A stretch of 14,123 bases of DNA from Trueperaceae bacterium. Lineage in GTDB: Bacteria; Deinococcota; Deinococci; Deinococcales; Trueperaceae. The notes under the pieces were generated by a model, which saw only the letters and a program-made list of their open reading frames with translations, was not told where the DNA came from and did no database searches. Every line of letters starts with the position of its first letter. The first letter of the stretch is position 1. The stretch spans positions 1 through 14,123 of the forward strand of contig DASSXV010000081.1 in assembly GCA_035703635.1 (NCBI GenBank), in the 5' to 3' direction. This document shows, one piece after another, positions 1 through 7,330 of the stretch. Position numbers and translations under genes: made by a program.

Positions 1-548
1 CGGATCTCGACGCGCATCTGCTCGCGCAGCTTGGCGTCGAGGTTGGAGAGCGGCTCGTCGAACAGGAGGAGCTTGGGCTGCATGACGATGCAGCGGGCGA
101 GGGCAACGCGCTGCTGCTGACCGCCCGAGAGTTGGCTCGGGGCGCGCTTCGCGAGCTGGCCTAAGCCAACGAGCTCGAGGACCTGCCCGACGCGCTCCGC
201 CAGCTCGCCCTTGCTGACGCCGTGCATGCGCAAGCCGAACGCCACGTTCTCGTACACGTTGAGGTGCGGGAAGATCGCGTAGGACTGGAAGACCATGGCG
301 GTGTCGCGCACGTTGGGCGCCAGCTCGTCCACGCGCCTGTCGCCGAAGTAGATCTTGCCGGAGGTTGGCTCCTCGAAGCCGGCGATCATGCGCAGGAGCG
401 TCGTCTTGCCGCAGCCGGAGGGTCCGAGCAGTGTCACGAGCGCGCCCTTCTCGACCTCGAGCGATACGTCGTCGACGGCGACGACAGACGCGCCCTCGGG
501 GGAGGCGAACTCTTTGCGGAGCTTCTCTAGGCGCAGGTCGGCTGGCAT
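1..548 (-). CDS. ABC transporter ATP-binding protein (FbpC/AfuC/PotA-like); 3' end lies outside the window
   Basis: Not in the ORF track; translated by hand from ATG at 548: MPADLRLEKLRKEF...LLGPSGCGKTT (Walker A)...MVFQSYAIFPHLNV (Q-loop)...LSGGQQQRVALAR (signature)...LLLFDEPLSNLDAKLR (Walker B/D-loop). SD AAGGAG at 559-554. Confidence 0.95.
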   Translation of the reverse strand, partial: MPADLRLEKLRKEFASPEGASVVAVDDVSLEVEKGALVTLLGPSGCGKTTLLRMIAGFEEPTSGKIYFGDRRVDELAPNVRDTAMVFQSYAIFPHLNVYENVAFGLRMHGVSKGELAERVGQVLELVGLGQLAKRAPSQLSGGQQQRVALARCIVMQPKLLLFDEPLSNLDAKLREQMRVEI

Positions 549-572
549 CACAACTCCTTGGACTGGCGGCCG

Positions 573-2249
573 CTAGAACCGCACCGAGGTGGCATCCTCG
601 GCGCCGCGGCCGACGATGAGGTTGATCACCCCGAACGCGACGAGGACGATGGCGAGGAGCACCATGCTGTACGCGGCCGCCACCCCGAGCCTGCCGGAGC
701 CGACCTCGTTGAGGATCTGCACCGTCATGAGGTTCCAGTTGGCCGAAACGAGGAAGATGGCGGCGCTGATGGCCGTCATGGCGCGCACGAACGCGAACAC
801 GAGGCCAGAGAAGAAGGCGGGCGCGATGAGGGGCAGCGTGATGCGCCTGAAGGTGGTGAGGGCGTTAGCGCCGAGGTTCTGCGCGGCCTCCTCGATGGCG
901 GGGTCTATCTGCCGCAGCACCGCTATCCCCGACTGGATGCCGACGGGCACGTAGCGGAACACGAAGTTGAGCACGAGGATGGCCAGCGTGCCCGTGAGGA
1001 TGAGGGGCGGGCCGTTGAACGCGAGGATGTAGCCGATGCCTGCCACGGTGCCAGGCACCGCGAAGTTCAGTATCGACATGAACTCCATGGCGGCGCGGCC
1101 GGGAAAGCGCCTGCGCACTACGAGGAAGGCGATAAGCATGCCAAGCAGGCCGCTGATGGGCGTAGTAACCACGGCCACGACGATGGTGTCCTTGACCGTG
1201 TCCCACCCGACCGCGAAGACGTAGCGGAAGTGCCGCAGGTCGAGCGCGTAGTCGAAGCCCCACACGCGCGTGACGGCGCCGAGAAGGATGACGGCGTAGA
1301 ACGCGATCACCACGACCGCGAACGCCACCACCACCGCGTACAGGAACCACTTGGCGCCTGGCGAGACGATCTTGCTCGTCGAGGCGGTCGGCTTGCCCGT
1401 GACCGTGACGTACTGCCGCTTGGCCAGGTAGTAGCGCTGGATGGCGAAGGCAGTGATCGACGGCAGGAGTAGCACCCCGGCGAGCATGGCGCCGCGCGCC
1501 AGGTTGAACGAGCCGGTGATCTCGAGATAAGCCTGGGTGGCGAGCATGGGGAAGGAGGCGCCGCCAAGCACGAGTGGGTTGCCGAAGTCGGCCATTGACT
1601 CGATGAGCACGACGAGGAACGCGCTCGCCACGCCAGGCAGCGACAGTGGAAACACGACGCGCCAGAAGACCTGCCAGCGGCTGGCGCCGACGTTGAGCGC
1701 GGCGTCCTCGAGGGTCGGGTTGAGGCCCGCGAGAACGCCGCGTAGGTTGAGATAGGCGATGGGCGCGAACGTGAACACTTGAGATAGGACGACGCCATGC
1801 ATGCCGTAGATGCTGAAGTCGGTGAGTCCTAGGAGCCTGCGCGTGATAAGGCCGTTGAACCCGAACAGGAAAAGTATCGAGATGGCGCCCGCGAACGGCG
1901 GCGAGATGATCGGGAGCATGACGAGCGTGTGCAGCACGCGCTTGAACGGCACGTTGGTGCGCGTGAGCACGAACGCCGCTATGTAACCGATGACGACGCC
2001 GATCAGGCCAACGAGGCCGCCCACCACGAGGCTGTTGCGCAGTGCGTTCCGGTAGAGGCGGCGCTGACCGAGCAGCTCGAAGTTGGCGAGTGAGAAGCTG
2101 CCGTCGGGCGCCTGGAAGGCCTTGAGCAGCACGCGCGCGAGCGGCCACACGACGAACACGAGCAGAGACGCGATGATGAGCACGACCAGCACCAGCAGGA
2201 TGGGGTCGCGCGCGATGATGCGGAGTTCTTGCCAGCCTCGCTTGAGCAT
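573..2249 (-). CDS. ABC transporter permease with two fused BPD_transp_1 domains (FbpB/AfuB-like)
   Basis: 558 aa with about 12 hydrophobic segments and two EAA loops (LEDAALNVGASRW and IEEAAQNLGANAL). Lies between the binding protein and the ATPase. Confidence 0.95.
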   Translation of the reverse strand: MLKRGWQELRIIARDPILLVLVVLIIASLLVFVVWPLARVLLKAFQAPDGSFSLANFELLGQRRLYRNALRNSLVVGGLVGLIGVVIGYIAAFVLTRTNVPFKRVLHTLVMLPIISPPFAGAISILFLFGFNGLITRRLLGLTDFSIYGMHGVVLSQVFTFAPIAYLNLRGVLAGLNPTLEDAALNVGASRWQVFWRVVFPLSLPGVASAFLVVLIESMADFGNPLVLGGASFPMLATQAYLEITGSFNLARGAMLAGVLLLPSITAFAIQRYYLAKRQYVTVTGKPTASTSKIVSPGAKWFLYAVVVAFAVVVIAFYAVILLGAVTRVWGFDYALDLRHFRYVFAVGWDTVKDTIVVAVVTTPISGLLGMLIAFLVVRRRFPGRAAMEFMSILNFAVPGTVAGIGYILAFNGPPLILTGTLAILVLNFVFRYVPVGIQSGIAVLRQIDPAIEEAAQNLGANALTTFRRITLPLIAPAFFSGLVFAFVRAMTAISAAIFLVSANWNLMTVQILNEVGSGRLGVAAAYSMVLLAIVLVAFGVINLIVGRGAEDATSVRF

Positions 2250-2266
2250 CGGGTCTCGGGGACGGC

Positions 2267-2321
2267 TAGAGTGCGAGACTCGCGCCGGGCACGGGGCCAG
2301 GTGCGAGTCTCGACGACTCTA
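2267..2321 (-). other. Long intercistronic stem-loop between the binding-protein and permease genes
   Basis: Arms TAGAGT-G-CGAGACTCGCGCC and GGTGCGAGTCTCG-ACG-ACTCTA are near-perfect inverted repeats in the 80-nt gap. There is no U-tract. Confidence 0.7.
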
Positions 2322-2329
2322 CTTGCGGA

Positions 2330-3322
2330 CTACTGTCCGAGTACTTCTTCGACCCAGCGGTCGACGAGGCGCTGCCGGTTGTCTGCCGCGTAGGTCGGGT
2401 CCCAGCTCACGAGTTTGATGTCGGAGAGCGACGGGACGCCAGGGCCCGCGCTGACGTCTGCGCGGATGGGCATGAAGTAGGTCTTCTGCGCCGACAGGGC
2501 AGCTTGGCCCTTCTCCGAGGTCATCCAGTCGACGAGCTGCTCCGCGCCCCCGAGGTTAGCGGCGCCCTTGAGGATAGACATGGCCGCGACCTCATAACCG
2601 ACGCCCTCGCTGGGGAACACGACCTGGACGGGGAAGCCCTCGTCGATGAGTTTGAGGAAGCCTGGGCTGAATTGGATGGCGACGGCCGTCTCGCCCACAC
2701 CGAGCGCGCCGGACGGGGCCGTGCCACTCTGGGTGTACGTCTGCACGTTCGCGTTGAGGGCCTTCATGTAATCGAAGGCCGCGTCCTCGCCCATGATGTT
2801 CACGAGCGTCAGGACGAGGTTGTAACTCGTGCCAGACGACTGCGGCGACGGCATCTGGATGAGGCCCTTGTAGCTCGGGTCGAGGAGGTCTGCCCAGCTG
2901 GTGGGCACTGCAACGCCGCGGGTCGCGAGCGTGTCGGTGCGCACGCCGATGGCGAGAGGGTTCGTGTAGATGGCGTGCCAGTAGCCGTCTGCGTCCTTGA
3001 AGGAGTCGGGAAGTGCGTCGGCGTTGGCGGACACGTACGGCTGGGTGAGGCCGCGGTCCTTGGCGATGATGTGGTTCTCGCTAGGCGCGCCGAACCAGAC
3101 GTCGGCCTGCGGGCGGTTCTTCTCCGCCTCGATGCGCGAAAGCGCCGGGCCCGCCGAGAGGAACACCATCTGGACCTGCACGCCGGTGTCGGCGGTGAAG
3201 GCAGCCAGGATGTGACGGGCGTTCTCCTCGTCGACGCTCGAATAGACGGTCAGCGTCTGGGCGGAAGCGAGATTCAGCAGCGCGGCTGCCAGGAGCGTCA
3301 TGAAGATGTGCTTGAAACGCAT
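2330..3322 (-). CDS. ABC substrate-binding protein, FbpA/AfuA-like periplasmic binding protein type 2
   Basis: Sec signal peptide MRFKHIFMTLLAAALLNLASA|Q. Motifs LTVYSS, RIEAEKNRPQADVWFG, PTSWADLLDPSYKG, PQSSGTSY, YTQSGTAP, FPSEGVGYE. SD GAGGGA upstream. Confidence 0.92.
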   Translation of the reverse strand: MRFKHIFMTLLAAALLNLASAQTLTVYSSVDEENARHILAAFTADTGVQVQMVFLSAGPALSRIEAEKNRPQADVWFGAPSENHIIAKDRGLTQPYVSANADALPDSFKDADGYWHAIYTNPLAIGVRTDTLATRGVAVPTSWADLLDPSYKGLIQMPSPQSSGTSYNLVLTLVNIMGEDAAFDYMKALNANVQTYTQSGTAPSGALGVGETAVAIQFSPGFLKLIDEGFPVQVVFPSEGVGYEVAAMSILKGAANLGGAEQLVDWMTSEKGQAALSAQKTYFMPIRADVSAGPGVPSLSDIKLVSWDPTYAADNRQRLVDRWVEEVLGQ

Positions 3323-3427
3323 GTTCCCTCCGGTACGCGAGGCGACGGCCCGAACGGTCGGCGAGAGCGACGCGCCACGTGCGTGACGAACGACCGACCT
3401 GGTCGACTGACCGCGGCTTGCTGGGTG

Positions 3428-3433
3428 ATTCTA
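3428..3433 (-). promoter_or_regulatory. Putative -10 box (TAGAAT) for the ABC operon
   Basis: Near-consensus hexamer about 105 nt upstream of the binding-protein start in GC-rich surroundings. No convincing -35. Confidence 0.4.
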
Positions 3434-3677
3434 CCGTGCAAGCGAAAAGTGGCCGTGACGGAAAAGGACCGTTGCGAGGCCCGGACCGCGCGACGGCCGC
3501 CAAGTGTTCGTATGCGCCAGAAAGCAGTAGTCCCTCGTTCGCAAAATGATCAGGTCCGTGCGCTAAGTGGTAGCGTTTTCCGTTGGGAGAGGGGTCTAGG
3601 ATGACGAGGAAACTTAGCTGGCCGCGTTGGGTTGCCGTCTGGCAAAGGCGTGTGGGGTGCACGGTAGGAGCAGCTCG

Positions 3678-4547
3678 ATGATCTCTCGCTTGCCGTACAT
3701 CGAGGGCTCGACGACGAGCGTCAGCGCTCAGAACCTGCTGGAGCGGGTGGGGGTCAGACCGCCTTACTTCGCGTTGACCGACATCAGCGTAGCGGGCCTC
3801 GGGCTGCAGGCTACCGCCGCAGCCGAATCGCCGAGCTACCTCGAACTCGGTCCCATGCCTGCGGCCGAGCTTGGCAGGCACGCCGCCATCGTCGGTCTGG
3901 CAAGCGCGGCGGCCCAGCAGGGCGACGACAGGCGCCGCTACTACCTCGCGCGCCGCGCCGAGTGCCTGTACCTACCTAACGATGCGCCTTACGGCGCGCC
4001 GGTTCGCTTCCACGGGCGCATCCTCGACCTCGACAAACGAAGCGCGAGGGCGTCGATAGAAGCCACGGCCAAAGGTGCGCCGCTTGCGTCGTTCAAGGTC
4101 GATTACACGGTGCTCACGGACTCGGCTTTCGAGCGACTGTTCCGCATCAGGGGCACGCCAACGCCCAACGCTCCGAGCCCGTACGGTTCGCTGCTCACCA
4201 CGAGCTGGCACGGAACGATAGACATGGCCGAGCAAGTAGTGGAGTCGTTGCCCGTCGGTGCTTGCGTGGGCCACTTCGACGGCTACCCGGCGCTGCCCGT
4301 CGCCGTTCTCATGGGCCAGCTCTCGTACCTAGCTGGCCGCCTTCACGACGTGCCCTACCGCGTAGTGCGTGGCGAGGTCGAGGCTAGCGACCTCGTGTGG
4401 GCAGGCGAGCGGGCTGTCTTCCGCGTTGCGCGTGACGGTTTCGGCGATACCCAAGCCACACGCGGCGCTCAACGTTATCGCTGCGAGGCGTGGGCCGGCG
4501 ACCGGTCCGTGGCGTCCATGACCTTGTGGCTCGAATCAGTTGACTAA
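3678..4547 (+). CDS. Hypothetical protein, probable double hot-dog fold (FabA/FabZ- or AfsA-like dehydratase), 289 aa
   Basis: Start moved from the track's TTG 3627 to ATG 3678 because AGGAG lies at 3666-3670. C-terminal half has GHFDGYPALP, resembling FabZ GHFPGxPxxP. N-terminal half has GPMPAAELGRHAA, resembling a hot-dog central helix ExxxQ/H. Confidence 0.6.
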   Translation: MISRLPYIEGSTTSVSAQNLLERVGVRPPYFALTDISVAGLGLQATAAAESPSYLELGPMPAAELGRHAAIVGLASAAAQQGDDRRRYYLARRAECLYLPNDAPYGAPVRFHGRILDLDKRSARASIEATAKGAPLASFKVDYTVLTDSAFERLFRIRGTPTPNAPSPYGSLLTTSWHGTIDMAEQVVESLPVGACVGHFDGYPALPVAVLMGQLSYLAGRLHDVPYRVVRGEVEASDLVWAGERAVFRVARDGFGDTQATRGAQRYRCEAWAGDRSVASMTLWLESVD

Positions 4548-6509
4548 GGTCTTGGTCACGACGTGAGTGTGGCTCGGAGCTAGCTGTAGGAACGGCCGCA
4601 CTTCCGACGCCTTCACGGGCCGCGAGAACAGGTAACCCTGCCCGAGGTGACAGCCAAGGTCGCGTAGCACCTGGCGCTGCGCTGCGGTCTCGATACCCTC
4701 CGCCACGATCTGGAGATCCAGGTGCTTCGCGACGTGCGTGATGGCCTCGACGAGAGCCAACGCGAACTGCGGCGCCTGCAGCGGCGAACCGAGGTCCTTG
4801 ACGAAGCTGCGGTCGATCTTGACGGTGTCGATAGGCAGGTCACGCAGGTAGGCGAAGGACGAGTAGCCGGTGCCGAAGTCGTCGATGGCGATCCTCACGC
4901 CGAGTCGCTGCAAGCGCTGAAGCGTCTCGACGACGTGGTCGACCCCGTGCATGACGATGCCTTCGGTCAGCTCGATCTCGAGGAGCTCCGGCAGTAGCGC
5001 GTGGTCTTCGAGGGCCGCCTCAACGGTGCGGTAGAAGCCAGGATGAGCGAACTGCATGGCCGAGACGTTCACCGAAACTACCAACCCGTGGCCGGAGAGC
5101 GCCTCCCATGCCTTCGCCTGGCGGCAAGCTTCACGCAGCACCCACTCGCCAAGTGAGACGATGAGCCCGCTGCGCTCGGCGATCGGGATGAACTCGGTCG
5201 GGCCGACATGACCCCACTTGGGGTGGTGCCAACGAGCCAGCGCCTCGACCTTCACCATGTCGCCGGTGCCGAGGTCGTGGATGCCCTGGTAGACCAAGGA
5301 CAACTGATCGCGTTCACTGCTTAGCGCCGCCCGAAGTTCGCGTTCGAGGTTGCGCTGACGCTCGACCTGCGCGTCCGAGTCGTCGCGGTAGCGTTGGACG
5401 CCGTTCTTGCCAGAGCGCTTGACGCGGTACATGGCCGAATCGGCGTGGCGAAGCAGCGTAGGGCCGTCGGAAGCGTCGTCCGGGTAGAGGCAGATGCCGA
5501 TGCTGGCGCTCACGTGGTGTGACATGCCGTGCAGCTCGAACGGCGTCACCAACGCGGCCTGAAGTTTGCGGGCGCTGAACATGGCGGCCTGGGCGCTCTG
5601 CACATCGTCAAGCACGATGACGAACTCGTCGCCACTCATGCGCGCCATGAGGTGGACCTGGTCGAGTTCATTCCGTAGCCGTCCAGCCACGGAGGTTAGC
5701 AACTCGTCTCCAGCCTCATGGCCGAGGGTGTCGTTGACGACCTTGAAGCCGTCGATGTCTAGATACATGACTGCCACGCGGCTATCTCTTGCGGTAGCTC
5801 TTTCGAGCAACTTGCCGAGTTCGTTGTCGAGATGAACACGGTTGGCGAGGCCCGTCAGCGCGTCCCGATAGGCGTGCTTCTCGGCCTCTTCCATGCGCGC
5901 CCTTGTAAGCGTCTGCTGCTCCTTGTAGCGAATGAACGCCGACGTGAGCGCTAGGAACACCGTGTTGGCGAGGTTGAGCTCGATAAGGGTGTAGACGACA
6001 CCCCAGTTGACGTCGCCCGCCAGCAGGCCAGGCAGCGTGTAGGCGGTCGCCAGCGCTAGCATGCCCGCGGTGAACGCTCGCACGATGATCTGCCCGAGCC
6101 GCGCCTCGGTCAAGATGAACGACAACAAGTACACCACGGGGATCCAGAACAGCGTCTCCGTGAACTGCGCGTGCAACGCCGTCTCGCTCGGCGAGAAGAA
6201 CAGCAGCCACCCGAGCTTCGCGAAGAAGAACGTGCTGGCGCCGCCGATGATCGCCAGCACTACGAGCGCCAGAGACCGGGGCTTGAACGCCAAGAGGCCT
6301 TCGAGGGCAAGGAGCAGGAACCCCATGACCGGGTAGACGATCATGTCGAAGGTGGTCGCCTGCCCGCTCGGGTTCTCCAGCGCCCAGCCGATGAAGTAGG
6401 CCAGGGCGCCGAAGGGAATGAAAGCAAGTAGCGTCTTGCGCCACTCCTGGTTGTAGCGAGTGCCGATCGGCTTGACGTGCTGGTTGGCGCGTTGGCTCAC
6501 CGAAGTCAC
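4536..6509 (-). CDS. Membrane-anchored GGDEF-EAL protein (diguanylate cyclase/c-di-GMP phosphodiesterase)
   Basis: About 5-6 N-terminal TM helices, then DALTGLANR, DIDGFKVVNDTLGHEAGD and SGDEF. EAL domain motifs are intact: VEALARW, VNVS, EIELTE, IDDFGTGYSS, KIDRSF, AEGIET, QGYLF. GTG start. Confidence 0.95.
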   Translation of the reverse strand: MTSVSQRANQHVKPIGTRYNQEWRKTLLAFIPFGALAYFIGWALENPSGQATTFDMIVYPVMGFLLLALEGLLAFKPRSLALVVLAIIGGASTFFFAKLGWLLFFSPSETALHAQFTETLFWIPVVYLLSFILTEARLGQIIVRAFTAGMLALATAYTLPGLLAGDVNWGVVYTLIELNLANTVFLALTSAFIRYKEQQTLTRARMEEAEKHAYRDALTGLANRVHLDNELGKLLERATARDSRVAVMYLDIDGFKVVNDTLGHEAGDELLTSVAGRLRNELDQVHLMARMSGDEFVIVLDDVQSAQAAMFSARKLQAALVTPFELHGMSHHVSASIGICLYPDDASDGPTLLRHADSAMYRVKRSGKNGVQRYRDDSDAQVERQRNLERELRAALSSERDQLSLVYQGIHDLGTGDMVKVEALARWHHPKWGHVGPTEFIPIAERSGLIVSLGEWVLREACRQAKAWEALSGHGLVVSVNVSAMQFAHPGFYRTVEAALEDHALLPELLEIELTEGIVMHGVDHVVETLQRLQRLGVRIAIDDFGTGYSSFAYLRDLPIDTVKIDRSFVKDLGSPLQAPQFALALVEAITHVAKHLDLQIVAEGIETAAQRQVLRDLGCHLGQGYLFSRPVKASEVRPFLQLAPSHTHVVTKTLVN

Positions 6510-6515
6510 GGATGA

Positions 6516-6521
6516 ACAGTA
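6516..6521 (-). promoter_or_regulatory. Putative -10 box (TACTGT) of a leaderless transcript
   Basis: TANNNT 6 nt upstream of GTG 6509, with no SD sequence. Confidence 0.5.
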
Positions 6522-6690
6522 GCCGCAGGCGCATAACGGGAACCTTACGCAAGGCTACCTACCTGCTGCTTCAAGGCAGCGCCGCAACGCTTGGCGATTA
6601 CCCCCTCGAGCTCGAGGCTTCGGGGCTCCCGGCGATCCGAGACGCTCCCACTCGACCTCGAAGAGCTGGGCAGGAAGAAGCCAACGGATC

Positions 6691-7176
6691 TCAACCTCCC
6701 CTAAGCGGCGGCCCGACGATGGTCATGCCGTGCGCCTCGAACAGCGGCCGGAGCTCGTCGGAGTTAGGCATGGCAGGCAGCTTCGATGCCGCCTCGAAGA
6801 ACGCCTCCATCGTGAGGGCAGGCTGAAGCGCGATCAATATCCTCCCGGCGGCCGCGCCATCCAGTGCCCAGGTGTGGGGCACGCCGCTTGGGGCCAGGAT
6901 GGAGTCGCCCGGCCCGAGGCGGTGGAGGTCCCCTCCCACCTCGACAAGGTAGTCGCCTTGGACTACGTAGAACCACTCATCCTGTTCGAGGTGCTGATGT
7001 CGCGGTGGGCCGCCCTGGTAGGCGTTGTGCTGTTCGATGACGAGAAGGCCGCCGCCTGTGTCTCTCGAGGAGACCTTGATGCTGAACGGCATGACGCCGA
7101 ACACGCTGCGTTGTTGGCCGAACCGATCACCCCCCGCAGGCACGTAGGCACCCTGGTTCGCATTGGGCCGCGACAT
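6691..7176 (-). CDS. Cupin-domain protein (quercetin dioxygenase QdoI-like monocupin), 161 aa
   Basis: Start ATG 7176 with SD GAGGAG at 7186-7181. Metal-binding motifs PPRHQHLEQDEWFYVVQG and GPGDSILAPSGVPH give the 3-His/1-Glu set. Confidence 0.85.
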   Translation of the reverse strand: MSRPNANQGAYVPAGGDRFGQQRSVFGVMPFSIKVSSRDTGGGLLVIEQHNAYQGGPPRHQHLEQDEWFYVVQGDYLVEVGGDLHRLGPGDSILAPSGVPHTWALDGAAAGRILIALQPALTMEAFFEAASKLPAMPNSDELRPLFEAHGMTIVGPPLRGG

Positions 7177-7224
7177 GGCTCTCCTCGTCGATCGCGCCGC
7201 GCCGTTGAGCGGTTCGGCGCCTGG

Positions 7225-7230
7225 ATTGTA
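7225..7230 (-). promoter_or_regulatory. Putative -10 box (TACAAT) for the cupin gene
   Basis: Near-consensus hexamer 48 nt upstream of the ATG. This also argues against the longer 7251 start in the ORF track. Confidence 0.5.
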
Positions 7231-7319
7231 GAGGGTGGCACGGCCCCTCACCCCGACTCACGCTACCCCCGCGGCCCGCGTCGACGTACGTCCGCCCCCG
7301 GCCCCTCGCCCGCTGGCAG

Positions 7320-7325
7320 TACCCT
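7320..7325 (+). promoter_or_regulatory. Putative -10 box (TACCCT) of a leaderless transcript
   Basis: TANNNT 5 nt before ATG 7331. The intervening GAGGG abuts the ATG and is too close to act as an SD. Confidence 0.5.
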
Positions 7326-7330
7326 GAGGG

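Noticed and set aside
222-3604. Long alternative ORFs over the ABC operon (e.g. 558-1472 +, 865-2148 -, 2504-3604 +)
   Set aside because: Antisense or off-frame shadows of real genes, expected in high-GC DNA; no recognisable motifs.
3515-3650. Fragments reminiscent of a c-di-GMP-I riboswitch (GAAA, CGCAAA, CTAA..GGTAGCG, GGCAAA)
   Set aside because: Order, spacing and pairing do not fit the P1-P2-P3 architecture. An Rfam scan would settle it.
6604-6617. Perfect 14-bp palindrome CCTCGAGCTCGAGG in an intergenic region
   Set aside because: The same word occurs inside a coding region near 9088 (Leu-Glu-Leu-Glu) and CTCGAG is frequent throughout, so it is not good evidence of an operator.
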